A stretch of DNA of 64,000 bases, taken from Minisyncoccia bacterium. Lineage in GTDB: Bacteria; Patescibacteriota; Minisyncoccia; UBA6257; GWB1-50-10. Location of the stretch: assembly GCA_049997815.1 (NCBI GenBank), contig JBEKVQ010000002.1:74483-138482 (forward strand), in the 5' to 3' direction. Below the pieces are notes generated by a model. It saw only the letters and a program-made list of their open reading frames with translations. It searched no databases and was not told the DNA's origin. Below are positions 37,626 to 46,614 of the stretch, piece by piece (within the stretch, counting starts at the first letter, position 1; each line of letters opens with the position of its first letter). A program made the translations under genes and the position numbers.

Positions 37626-38864
37626 ATGCGCATTTTGATTTTCGAACAGCGTTATACGAATCCCCGGGAGGCCGGTATCGGGCGGTTTTTTTATTTTGGC
37701 GACGCCTGGTCCCGAATGGGGAATGAAGTAACGGTCATTGCCGGCATGGTGAGTTATGTCGCCGGAAAGGCGCACGGGCGCCTCAAATGGAGATTGTTTG
37801 CGGAAGAGAACGAGAATGACCGTTTTCGGGTGATCCGGGTGAATGATTCCACCATCGGCTACCGCTCTTTCGTCGGCCGGCTCTGGTCCTATTTTTCCTA
37901 TTTCTTTCTGGCATTTTTTGCCGGGTTATCTTCCTTGAAGCCCGATGTGATTTTGGCTTCCTCGCCCCCGATATTCATCGGCCTTCTCGGTTACCTGGTC
38001 GCGCTTACTAAGGGAGTGCCGTTCGTCTTTGAGATTCGGGATATTTGGCCCGACGAGGCAGTAGAACTCGGATTTTTGAAAAATAAACTGCTTATCAATC
38101 TGAGCCGGGGCCTGGAAATGTTTCTCTACCGGCATTCCTCCCATATTGTCGTAAATTCGCCCGGCATCGGGGACTATCTGGTGGATAAGAAAGCCGTGCC
38201 CGGCGCAAGGATTTCTTCCGTGCTTAATCCGGTTGATATCGGACTTTTCCGGAACCTGGACGGAAGGAACGGGACCCGCAAGAAACTGGGCTGGGAAGAT
38301 AAAACGGTTTTTATCTACGGTGGGGCCTTGAGCGCCGTTTACGACTTCGATCTTCTTCTGGATGCGGCGAAAGAAATGAACGACCCGACGGTTCTCTTCG
38401 CGATTGTAGGCGATGGGCGCCAGCGGGCGAAGATGAAAGAAAGAGCGGAGCGGGAGAAGATAAAAAACGTTTTTTTCATGGATGCCGTACCGAAAGCGGA
38501 GCTGCCGGCGCTGATCCAGGCATCGGATATCGGAGTCGCCGTCTTGAAAGACATGGGACTTTTGAAATATATCTACGCCACCAAGCTTTTTGATTATATG
38601 GCGGGCGGTTTGCCGATAGTGCTTGCGATGGACGGCGTGAGCCGCGCGCTCGTCTCGGAAGAGGCGAAGAGCGGGCTCACCGTTCCGCCGGGCGATAAAG
38701 AATCCTTGAAGGAAGCGCTTAAGAAATTGGCCGGCAATAAAAAGCTGCGCGATAATTTCGGGCGAGCCGGGAAGGATTTTGCGGCGAAAAATCTCGACCC
38801 CCAAAAGCTGGCCGAGGACTATCTTGAGGTTTTAAGAAAACCAGCGGTCGTACCAGAGCGATAA
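37626..38864 (+). CDS. Glycosyltransferase family 4 (WbuB-like)
   Basis: SSPP, EIRDIWPD, KLFDYMAGG. Likely ATG 37626. Confidence 0.85.
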   Translation: MRILIFEQRYTNPREAGIGRFFYFGDAWSRMGNEVTVIAGMVSYVAGKAHGRLKWRLFAEENENDRFRVIRVNDSTIGYRSFVGRLWSYFSYFFLAFFAGLSSLKPDVILASSPPIFIGLLGYLVALTKGVPFVFEIRDIWPDEAVELGFLKNKLLINLSRGLEMFLYRHSSHIVVNSPGIGDYLVDKKAVPGARISSVLNPVDIGLFRNLDGRNGTRKKLGWEDKTVFIYGGALSAVYDFDLLLDAAKEMNDPTVLFAIVGDGRQRAKMKERAEREKIKNVFFMDAVPKAELPALIQASDIGVAVLKDMGLLKYIYATKLFDYMAGGLPIVLAMDGVSRALVSEEAKSGLTVPPGDKESLKEALKKLAGNKKLRDNFGRAGKDFAAKNLDPQKLAEDYLEVLRKPAVVPER

Positions 38865-40757
38865 CGAAACCAGGTTCCAGAGACGGAAAATATGGCCGTT
38901 GTCTTCATGGCGGTCAGTGGCTACGAAGCTGTTTACGTAATCGTAGTCCAGAAGCCCCCTCTCTTTGAGTCCTGACCGGCCGATTCGGCCGAGGATCTCG
39001 CGGCCGATTGGGAAATCCATCCTTAGCCACTCGTTCATCGGCGTGGAGAAGCCCTGTTTCGGTCGCCGGATTATCTCCGCCGGTAAAGTTCCCTCCATCG
39101 CTTTCTTCAAAACGTATTTCGGCTCGTTATCCTTGAATTTGATGCTGGTGGGAATCGAGAGCGTAAGTTCGACGAGGCGGCGGTCGAGAAAAGGAACGCG
39201 GCCCTCGACCGAATGCGCCATCGTCATCCGGTCCGCCCGCGCGAGGAGTAATTCCGGTAAGCGGTGTTTAATCTCCAAATAGGTCATCTTTGTGAGAAAA
39301 TCGGCGCCGGGAGTCACAGAAGCCACATCCGCATAATGTTTTTTGACTGGTTCGTATCCTACGGAGAGAGGAACTCGGCTTTTAAACTGGGGTGTGAGCA
39401 TCCTTTCTTTCTGATGGTCGGAAAAGGCGACCGCGAGCCCCCAAAACGGTTCTTGTCCGGCCGAGAGCCGTCTCAGGTATTCTTTTTGGAAATCCAGTTT
39501 ATGGGACGGGGCCAAATTCGATAATCCGTAGATTCCTTTTCTCATCCATTCGGGTAATCTCCGGAGATGCCGCCACCAGCGTTCGTAAAGCTTATTGGCC
39601 AGAAGATAGGTGCTGTAGCCGGCGAAGATTTCGTCCGAGCCCTCGCCGATCTGGACGACAATGACGCCATTCTTGCGCGTGAGCTCGGAGAGATAATACA
39701 TCGGGAAGCAAATATAGTCGCCATTCAGGTCATCGGCATGGTATGGGTATTTTTCAAGGAATTTAAGGAGGTCGTTCTCGTCCACCGCCACCTCGTGGCT
39801 TTTGGCGCCGAGGAATTCGGCCATTTTCCGGGAGTAGGTGAATTCATTGTATTTTTCGTGATGGGAGCCGGCGGAGAATGTTTCCACCGGATGGCCGAGC
39901 GCCTCGGTCATTAAAGCGGCATTGGTCGAAGAATCGATGCCGCCCGAGAGGAAACAGCCGAAGGGAACGTCCGAAATCATCTGGCTCTTTATGGAATCCT
40001 TGAGGATATCCTTAACTTTCTCCAGGTAATCGCTTTCGGTAAGCGGATTTGCCCCATAGCGGAGCGATGATTCCGTGAGAGGATTCCAAAATTCCTTTAT
40101 TTCGATCTGCCCTTTCCGCACTGTGAGACAGTGGGCGGCCGGCAGCTTTTTTATATCCTCGAACATCGTAAGGGGAGCGGGTACCGAGGAATAGGTCAGG
40201 TATTGGGAGAAAGCCGTTTCATTCAGTTCTTTTCTGAAAGCCGGGTGAGCGAGGATGGCCTTAAGTTCGGAGCCGAAATAAAAGGTGCCGTTCTGGACCG
40301 CATAATAGAAAGGTTTTATACCCAAGTGGTCCCGGGCCGCAAAAAAGAGTTTTTTGTTCTCGTCCCAGATGACGAAGGCGAACATCCCATTCAATTTTTT
40401 CGCTATTTCTTCGCCCCATTCCTCATAGCCGTGGAGAATAACCTCCGTATCTCCGTGCGTCTTCATCTTGTGCCCCTTCTTTATCAGTTCTTCCCGGAGC
40501 GGTTTGAAGTTGTAGATTTCGCCGTTATAGGTTATCCAGACCGTACCGTCTTCGTTCCCCATCGGGCACGCCGCTTCCTTTGAGAGATCGATAATGGCCA
40601 AGCGTCTTTGGGATAGGCCGATTTTCTTGTCGGGCGAAACGTAGTTCGCGCCGCCGTCCGGCCCGCGATGGACGAGCGTATCGCGCATTCCGCTAAGTTC
40701 CCGATCGCTCACCGTTCCGGAATTATTGAATTTATAAACGCCGCTGATCCCGCACAT
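38832..40757 (-). CDS. asnB: Asparagine synthase-like glutamine amidotransferase (probable glycan amidation)
   Basis: MCGI, HRGPD, NGEIYN, LSGGIDSS, GEGSDE, EGRVPFLD, KQGF. Confidence 0.9.
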   Translation of the reverse strand: MCGISGVYKFNNSGTVSDRELSGMRDTLVHRGPDGGANYVSPDKKIGLSQRRLAIIDLSKEAACPMGNEDGTVWITYNGEIYNFKPLREELIKKGHKMKTHGDTEVILHGYEEWGEEIAKKLNGMFAFVIWDENKKLFFAARDHLGIKPFYYAVQNGTFYFGSELKAILAHPAFRKELNETAFSQYLTYSSVPAPLTMFEDIKKLPAAHCLTVRKGQIEIKEFWNPLTESSLRYGANPLTESDYLEKVKDILKDSIKSQMISDVPFGCFLSGGIDSSTNAALMTEALGHPVETFSAGSHHEKYNEFTYSRKMAEFLGAKSHEVAVDENDLLKFLEKYPYHADDLNGDYICFPMYYLSELTRKNGVIVVQIGEGSDEIFAGYSTYLLANKLYERWWRHLRRLPEWMRKGIYGLSNLAPSHKLDFQKEYLRRLSAGQEPFWGLAVAFSDHQKERMLTPQFKSRVPLSVGYEPVKKHYADVASVTPGADFLTKMTYLEIKHRLPELLLARADRMTMAHSVEGRVPFLDRRLVELTLSIPTSIKFKDNEPKYVLKKAMEGTLPAEIIRRPKQGFSTPMNEWLRMDFPIGREILGRIGRSGLKERGLLDYDYVNSFVATDRHEDNGHIFRLWNLVSLSLWYDRWFS

Positions 40758-40760
40758 GGT

Positions 40761-42086
40761 TTAGAAATGAGAAACGAAGACGTATTTTACGGTCTTGAAG
40801 ATAATAATGAAATCGAGGAAGATCGAACGATTCTTCACGTAATAGATGTCGTAGCACAGTTTTTCGTAGGCTTCTTCCAAAGAGGCACTGGGTTTGTAGT
40901 TTATCTGCGCCCAGCCGGAGAGCCCCGGTTTGATGATGTGGCGGATTTCGTAATAGGGGAATTTACTGAAAGTTTCCGCCAGTTCCACCCGCTCGGGCCT
41001 GGGGCCGGTGAACGAGATATCGCCCTTCGCGATATTCCAGAGCTGGGGGATCTCGTCAAAATGGGTGAACCGGAGAGCTCTACCAAAGGCCGTTATCCTT
41101 GGGTCTTTCTCTTCAGTCCATGCCGGCGTACCGTCCTTACCGCCTCTCCATGTATTCATGGTGCGAAATTTGAAAAGATTAAAGGTTCGGTTATTTTTTC
41201 CCATTCGTTCTTGCTTGAAGATGGCCGGTCCCCTCGAGGTGACTTTTATGAGGAATGCGAAAACCAGACCGAAAGGCAGGAAAATGATTCCCAATATAAT
41301 GGAGAGCACGACGTCCGTTAGCCGCTTGAAAGCATCGTAAAACGGCCGGTGGGTTGAGATTTTCTCTATGAACCAATTTTCTTCGAGGTCTTTCAACGGC
41401 ACTTTCTCGAAAAGAATTTCGTAAAAGTCCCAGGCATTCACCAAGTTCACTTCAGTGGGGAGAAGCTGAAACACGGTTCTGAGGGTAGAAAAATCCTTGG
41501 CAATGTTGGGTTGGATGATGACTGTGTTTATTTTCTTGTCTTTTATCATCTTAGCCAAAGATGCAACGTCATTCTCCTTCAGGCTCCCGATTTTTTCGGC
41601 GATTTGGTATCCGGCGTGGGGATTCTTCTGGATGTACGACTCGATGTCGTTTAAGAGGGGAGCATCGCCGAGGATCATTATTTTGGTGGCGCCGGCGGTG
41701 AAAATATTCAGTACTAGTATTCTCCAGGCCCAGTTCACCAGGAGGAAGACGGCGCAAAGAATGAGAAGGTTGATTTTTGGCGTCAGTTCGAAAAGCTGCC
41801 CAAAGAGATAGAAGGCGGTAATGGAGACAATGCCGCTTAATACAACCGCTCCCGCAGTGCGTTTAAAGATAATGAACTTGTTTTGGAGTTCGCTGTATTG
41901 GTAGAAATTGGAGAGATAGAAAATTATCACCCAGGCGATGAAAATCAGGGAAAAAGGATAGAGATGACTTCGGAAATAGAAATTGAACTCTCCCACGGGA
42001 TAACGGATTAAGAGGGTTACCGCCAGGGAAAGGTATAGGGCGACGATATCGCCCAAAAGGAGAATAAACTTTTTCAGGCCTTTCAT
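40761..42086 (-). CDS. Priming polyprenyl-phosphate sugar-1-phosphate transferase (WbaP/WcaJ-like)
   Basis: N-terminal TM segments, KR..D, FKFRTM, DPRIT, DEIPQLWN, GPRPE, KPGLSGWAQI. Confidence 0.9.
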   Translation of the reverse strand: MKGLKKFILLLGDIVALYLSLAVTLLIRYPVGEFNFYFRSHLYPFSLIFIAWVIIFYLSNFYQYSELQNKFIIFKRTAGAVVLSGIVSITAFYLFGQLFELTPKINLLILCAVFLLVNWAWRILVLNIFTAGATKIMILGDAPLLNDIESYIQKNPHAGYQIAEKIGSLKENDVASLAKMIKDKKINTVIIQPNIAKDFSTLRTVFQLLPTEVNLVNAWDFYEILFEKVPLKDLEENWFIEKISTHRPFYDAFKRLTDVVLSIILGIIFLPFGLVFAFLIKVTSRGPAIFKQERMGKNNRTFNLFKFRTMNTWRGGKDGTPAWTEEKDPRITAFGRALRFTHFDEIPQLWNIAKGDISFTGPRPERVELAETFSKFPYYEIRHIIKPGLSGWAQINYKPSASLEEAYEKLCYDIYYVKNRSIFLDFIIIFKTVKYVFVSHF

Positions 42087-42367
42087 CCCGTTAGAGGCAG
42101 GAAGCGCTTTAGTCTGTTTTTCAGATAACGCTTACCCATACCTGATTTTAGGTATCTTTCTCTCGACCTAGCATCCGCCTTGTTTTTTGAGGCTTCATAG
42201 TAAATAAGTTCAAATGGACCTCGGTTCTTGGTCCACCCAGTTACGTTGCTATTATGTTCCTTAAAGCGCTTCCGTAAATCAGGGGTAAATCCTGTATACC
42301 AGATACCATCCTTTTTACTTCGTATAACATAGACATAATAGAATTGGTTGCCTCTAACGGGATTCAT
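42083..42367 (-). CDS. GIY-YIG nuclease (UPF0213-like), encoded by an IR-bounded element
   Basis: YVYVIRS..WYTGFT.DL.KRF.EH..YYE..A..RE.YLK. N-terminus MNPVRG and C-terminus PLTG are encoded by the inverted repeats. Confidence 0.9.
   Translation of the reverse strand: MNPVRGNQFYYVYVIRSKKDGIWYTGFTPDLRKRFKEHNSNVTGWTKNRGPFELIYYEASKNKADARSRERYLKSGMGKRYLKNRLKRFLPLTG
42086..42362 (-). mobile_element. 277-bp putative mobile element: 14-bp perfect terminal inverted repeats, GIY-YIG gene and flanking TTCA/TGAA direct repeat
   Basis: TCCCGTTAGAGGCA (42086-42099) and TGCCTCTAACGGGA (42349-42362); TTCA at 42082-42085 and 42363-42366. Removing the element restores ATGAAAGGCCTG. Confidence 0.75.
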
Positions 42368-42375
42368 TCAGTTAG

Positions 42376-42404
42376 ATTATGCTAGTACGCTTTGGGGTTT
42401 GCAA
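42376..42404 (-). promoter_or_regulatory. Near-leaderless sigma70 promoter driving GIY-YIG, priming GT and asnB
   Basis: Minus strand TTGCAA-17 bp-CATAAT; ATG 8 nt after the -10. Confidence 0.65.
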
Positions 42405-42407
42405 GGT

Positions 42408-43880
42408 TTAACCTAATATCGATCTCCGAACGCCAAGGTGCCCGAGGATGGGTTCTTTGGTCGCATAAAGTACGCCGGCGAAGATGAGTCCGGACACTAA
42501 CACGTTTAGTACGATGTTCAGTCCCAAAAGAAGGAGAGAAAAAGTGGCTGCTCCCATGAGTACGGTAGCCAGAATCGTTCTTGAAAGGTGGGGCCATATG
42601 GAAAATGGCTGAATTTTCTTCAGATAAGTCCAGTTGATTATATTCACCAATATTTGCGCGATAATGGTGGCGACGGCCGAACCGGCGATGCCGTAGATCG
42701 GAATGAAGATCAGGTCCAATCCAGTGTTGGCGAGTGCCCCAACGCTGGTTGAGAGGATGAATATCTTCTGTTTGTCGTAGGCGAATATGAGATTGCCGAT
42801 GACCGTGCCGGGGAAGACGAGAAGGGTGGTAATAAGAAGGAGCTGGAATGTCAGCGTGGCATCCAAGTACTCCGGCCCGAATATCAGGCCGACGAGCGGC
42901 TGGCCGGCGATGATGCCGCCGATCGTAATGGGCAGAGCAACCGCGATCACGGCCGTTATGGAGGTCTCTATCACCTTCTTCGCCGCTTCGTGCCGGTTCT
43001 CGTGGACGAGTCTGCTGAAAATTGGGAAGACGCTCGCCGCGAATAAACTTGGGAAGAGGTAAAGAAGCTGCACCGGCCTTTGGGCCGCCGCGTAGAGGCC
43101 AATCTCTCCAGCGCTCCGGAAGATTCCGATTATGACCGTGTCTATGTTTATCATGAACCCTCCGAGGAGCCCGATTATGGCAAACGGCCAGGCCTTGGTA
43201 ATGATCGGTTTCACGAGTTTCCTGTCGAAGTTGGTTAGGATTCCCTTGAACTGTTTTCTTAGGATGAAGAAGACCAGACAGAACCCAATGATGGTTCCGG
43301 CTGTGTAGGCCTCGGCCAACTCTTTGGGATGGGGAGCTACGAGCAGGGATATTATGCCCAGGGCAGTAATGAAGACGTCGGTCGCGATGCCCAACCCCGC
43401 TTCCCACTCCATCTTGTTTCGGGCTCTTGTAATCGAAAAGCCGAAGGTGCGAAGGTTATCGAAGATGAGGAGCAAGACAACGAAGGGAAGGAGAGGTCCT
43501 ATGTCGACCGCCCTGGAGACGAGGGGATAGATGGCGATCATCAGGATGGTCGCTAAGGCCGTGAAGACGAGTTTCAGGAAAAAGGTGGTGGAGAGATATG
43601 CCGAGACCTTGTCCGGATTCTTGATAGTTTCGCGGGTAAGCAAGGGAGAAAGGCCAATATCGGTGAGTATTCCGAAAAAGGCGGCCAAACTAAGGGCGTA
43701 GGAAACGATGCCGTAGCCCTCAGTTCCCAGAACGCGGGCGGCATAGATGATAAGGACCGCCCGGATGAGGCGGCTAACCGTAGTGCCGGCCGTGAGCCAA
43801 AACGTGTTCTTCAGTACCGTCTGTTTGAGCGAAGTGTTCTCGAAGAGGAGGGACTTGATTTTCCCCAGATTGACTTTCAT
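42408..43880 (-). CDS. wzx: Second Wzx-type flippase
   Basis: KNTFWL, ARVLGTEGYG..SYA, MEWEA, IGLYAAAQR, IPIYGIAGSA. Likely ATG 43880; paralogous to the 26602 gene. Confidence 0.85.
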   Translation of the reverse strand: MKVNLGKIKSLLFENTSLKQTVLKNTFWLTAGTTVSRLIRAVLIIYAARVLGTEGYGIVSYALSLAAFFGILTDIGLSPLLTRETIKNPDKVSAYLSTTFFLKLVFTALATILMIAIYPLVSRAVDIGPLLPFVVLLLIFDNLRTFGFSITRARNKMEWEAGLGIATDVFITALGIISLLVAPHPKELAEAYTAGTIIGFCLVFFILRKQFKGILTNFDRKLVKPIITKAWPFAIIGLLGGFMINIDTVIIGIFRSAGEIGLYAAAQRPVQLLYLFPSLFAASVFPIFSRLVHENRHEAAKKVIETSITAVIAVALPITIGGIIAGQPLVGLIFGPEYLDATLTFQLLLITTLLVFPGTVIGNLIFAYDKQKIFILSTSVGALANTGLDLIFIPIYGIAGSAVATIIAQILVNIINWTYLKKIQPFSIWPHLSRTILATVLMGAATFSLLLLGLNIVLNVLVSGLIFAGVLYATKEPILGHLGVRRSILG

Positions 43881-43913
43881 TTTGGTTACGGTTAAAATTC
43901 TATCACAAATATT

Positions 43914-44630
43914 ATGGAACCTGAAAAACAAAAACGCGATTATCTTTTGCCGGCCAGCATCCTGATCGCCGGTCTTATGGTGACAGTAGCCCTGGTTTAC
44001 AATGCCGGGAAGAAGACCGAGAATCAGGCGGCAAACCTGGCCGACTCTGCTGCGGCGAGCGCCCAACTTCCATCGCCCGCCAACATGAAACCAATTTCAG
44101 AGGCCGATCACATCTTGGGTGATCCTAACGCGCCGTTGAAGATAGTTGAGTTCTCCGACTTGGAATGCCCGTTCTGCAAGGTATTTCATGCCACATTGCA
44201 CCAAGTGATGCAAACTTATGCCGGTAAGATAGCTTGGATTTATCGCCAGTTCCCGATCCCGCAGCTCCATCCGAAGGCACCGCACGAGGCCCAGGCGGCC
44301 GAGTGCGCGGCGAAGCTGGGCGGGAACGACAAGTTCTGGGCTTTTATAGATAACGTTTTTGAGATTACGCCGTCCAATAACGGTTTGGATCCGGCGGAGC
44401 TTCCAAAGATTGCCAGCAATATCGGTTTGGATGTGGCTCAGTTCAATTCCTGCCTCGCAAGCACCTATGGTCAGGATAAGATTCAGAATGACACGGCGGA
44501 TGCGGGAAATTCCGGCGCGCAGGGTACCCCCTACGCTGTTGTGGTCAACAGTTCCGGAAAGAAGTTCGTGATTAACGGGGCCTTGCCTTTTGACCAGGTT
44601 AGTGCTATCATCAACACGGCTTTAAAATAA
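43914..44630 (+). CDS. DsbA-family thiol-disulfide oxidoreductase, membrane anchored
   Basis: N-terminal TM, EFSDLECPFC, GTP cis-Pro loop, INGALPF. Promoter TTGACT-17-TAAAAT at 43870-43898. Confidence 0.9.
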   Translation: MEPEKQKRDYLLPASILIAGLMVTVALVYNAGKKTENQAANLADSAAASAQLPSPANMKPISEADHILGDPNAPLKIVEFSDLECPFCKVFHATLHQVMQTYAGKIAWIYRQFPIPQLHPKAPHEAQAAECAAKLGGNDKFWAFIDNVFEITPSNNGLDPAELPKIASNIGLDVAQFNSCLASTYGQDKIQNDTADAGNSGAQGTPYAVVVNSSGKKFVINGALPFDQVSAIINTALK

Positions 44631-44740
44631 AACTCTCGGATTTCCGGGAAAGAAGCCAAACGAGCTAGTGAGCGTCAAAGTGTTTTTAAACCATTTTGCT
44701 GAATTCTTAGCCCGAAAAAGGTCGTTAAGTTTTCAGTACA

Positions 44741-44923
44741 ATGGATTTCGATAATAATCGCGGTGGTCAGGGTTTCCAGAGGCAGATGTACAAGGGTAAT
44801 TGGCAGTGCGCCAAGTGTGGCGCTCCGATAACGGAACTGCCCTTCCAACCCGACGAGAATCGCCTGGACAAGCTCTTGTGCCGCAATTGCCATCTCGAGA
44901 GAGTTCGCTCTTTCAGGAGATAG
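44741..44923 (+). CDS. Small zinc-ribbon protein (CxxC-x17-CxxC-like)
   Basis: RQMY..CAKCG..LPFQP..CRNC. Confidence 0.8.
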   Translation: MDFDNNRGGQGFQRQMYKGNWQCAKCGAPITELPFQPDENRLDKLLCRNCHLERVRSFRR

Positions 44924-44929
44924 CAGTAA

Positions 44930-44957
44930 AGGCCCCGCTTCTATAAGCGGGGCTTTT
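44930..44957 (+). terminator. Intrinsic terminator overlapping the next promoter
   Basis: GCCCCGCTT-ctat-AAGCGGGGC plus TTTT, immediately followed by TGgTATAAT (44957-44965). Confidence 0.75.
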
Positions 44958-44971
44958 GGTATAATAAGAGC

Positions 44972-45136
44972 ATGAAATGGAACTACTGGACCCTGCTGGT
45001 TATAGGCCTTTGGCTCGTTATCTCGCCGTGGATTCTGGGGTTTTCGTCTTTCAATCTGCCCGCTTGGAACAGCATCCTGATGGGAGTGCTCGTCATCATC
45101 TTCTCTATCTGGAGTTTTTCCGGGCCGCAGCAATAA
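44972..45136 (+). CDS. SPW-repeat small membrane protein (54 aa), not in the ORF track
   Basis: MKWNYWTLLVIGLWLVISPWILGFSSFNLPAWNSILMGVLVIIFSIWSFSGPQQ; leaderless start 6 nt after TATAAT. Confidence 0.8.
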   Translation: MKWNYWTLLVIGLWLVISPWILGFSSFNLPAWNSILMGVLVIIFSIWSFSGPQQ

Positions 45137-45184
45137 CTTGGATTTCAAGCGGCTATCTCGGTGGGAGATCCAAAATTTGCAATC

Positions 45185-45418
45185 ATGTCTATCATAGTTT
45201 ATACCACTCCTTCCTGCGTCTACTGCAAAATGCTCAAGAAGTATTTTGCTGATAACAAGGTTCGTTACGAGGAGAAAGATGTTGCGAGCAATCTTGAAGC
45301 GCGCGAGGAGATGATGCATAAATCACATCAAATGGGAGTACCGGTCGTAGATATTGACGGCGAGATTTTCGTCGGCTTCAACCGCTCGGAAATAGCGAGC
45401 CGGCTTGGCATAAAATGA
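45185..45418 (+). CDS. Glutaredoxin-like protein (NrdH/YruB type)
   Basis: YTTPSCVYC, QMGVPVVDI, VGFN. Confidence 0.9.
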   Translation: MSIIVYTTPSCVYCKMLKKYFADNKVRYEEKDVASNLEAREEMMHKSHQMGVPVVDIDGEIFVGFNRSEIASRLGIK

Positions 45419-45473
45419 ACATCTTCCACGGAATCAGGCCCAAAGGCCGTTAATAATCGTTCGCAAGTCCGCC

Positions 45474-45605
45474 ATGTATAAATGCCCAAATTGCGGTTTT
45501 GTGTCCGAGGAGCCGGGGGAATGCCCGATGTGCCACACCCAGATGATCGAAGAGGAAGAAGAGGAAAACGGAAACGGTTCCGGTGGGGAGAAAATCGAGG
45601 AGTAA
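45474..45605 (+). CDS. 43-aa Cys4 metal-binding microprotein (rubredoxin/zinc-ribbon-like) with an acidic tail, not in the ORF track
   Basis: MYKCPNCGFVSEEPGECPMCHTQMIEEEEEENGNGSGGEKIEE. Confidence 0.7.
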   Translation: MYKCPNCGFVSEEPGECPMCHTQMIEEEEEENGNGSGGEKIEE

Positions 45606-45658
45606 TTTCCCGCTCTCGTTATTTGCCTCAGGAGCGCCGCTAATTTAGAATGTAGGAC

Positions 45659-46579
45659 ATGAATATCTATGATTTGACGATTGTGGGCGGCGGACCGGCT
45701 GGCGTTGCGGCCGGGATTTATGCAGCCAGGAAGAAGCTCAAAACGGTTCTCGTAACCGATACCTTCGGCGGCCAGTCGCTCGTTTCGGATGACATTGGGA
45801 ATTGGATAGGGGAAGAGCACATCTCCGGTTTTGATCTGGCTGGGAAGTTGGAAAAACATCTCAAGGCTCATGAGGGGATCGAAGTCATTGAGGGGGATTT
45901 GGTCTCGAAGATAACGCCTTCCGGCCAGCTTTTCTCGATTGAGACGAAGAACGGAAAGTCGTTCAATACCAAGACCGTTTTGGTTACCGCCGGCAGTCGG
46001 CGGAAGAAATTGGAGGTGCCGGGCGAAAAAGAATTCGAAGGTAAGGGAGTCGCCTACTGCAGCACTTGCGATGCGCCGGTCTTCGGCGGTAAAGAGGTGG
46101 CGGTCGTGGGCGGCGGGAATGCCGGCCTTGAGGCCGTTACAGACCTTCTTCCCTACGCCTCGAAGATTTATTTGATACACCGGAACGTCGCCCTGAAGGG
46201 CGATCCGGTCACGCAGGAAAAAATAAAGAGTGACCCGAAGGTGAAGATTATTTTTAATGCGGAGACCCAAATGATTTTGGGAGAAAAAACAGTCACGGGA
46301 TTGAAATACAGGGACAAGATTACGGGCGAGATTAAGGAGCTTGCGGTTCAGGGCGTATTCGTGGAGATAGGTATTATCCCGAACGGGGATTTGGTGAGGG
46401 ATTTGGTATCGTTGAACTTCCGCGGCGAGATTGTCACGGACCCGAAGACCCAGGCCACTTCCCGGGTGGGCATTTGGGCAGCGGGGGACGCGACCGACGG
46501 TTTATACCGCCAGAATAACATCTCCGCCGGGGATGCGATAAAAGCCCTCCTCAACATCTACGATTATCTGAAAAAATAA
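45659..46579 (+). CDS. trxB: Thioredoxin reductase-like FAD disulfide oxidoreductase
   Basis: GGGPAG, GKGVAYCSTCD, GGGNAG, WAAGD. Leaderless promoter TTGCCT-17-TAGAAT at 45623-45651. Confidence 0.85.
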   Translation: MNIYDLTIVGGGPAGVAAGIYAARKKLKTVLVTDTFGGQSLVSDDIGNWIGEEHISGFDLAGKLEKHLKAHEGIEVIEGDLVSKITPSGQLFSIETKNGKSFNTKTVLVTAGSRRKKLEVPGEKEFEGKGVAYCSTCDAPVFGGKEVAVVGGGNAGLEAVTDLLPYASKIYLIHRNVALKGDPVTQEKIKSDPKVKIIFNAETQMILGEKTVTGLKYRDKITGEIKELAVQGVFVEIGIIPNGDLVRDLVSLNFRGEIVTDPKTQATSRVGIWAAGDATDGLYRQNNISAGDAIKALLNIYDYLKK

Positions 46580-46614
46580 ATCCTTAATTACCATCATTTG
46601 CTATAATTAGCGTA

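Noticed and set aside
42086-42362. Integron gene cassette (GTTAGAG/CTCTAAC resemble attC core sites)
   Set aside because: No attC stem-loop follows the gene, GTTAGAG does not fit GTTRRRY, there is no integrase or cassette array, and the flanking direct repeat fits an insertion better.
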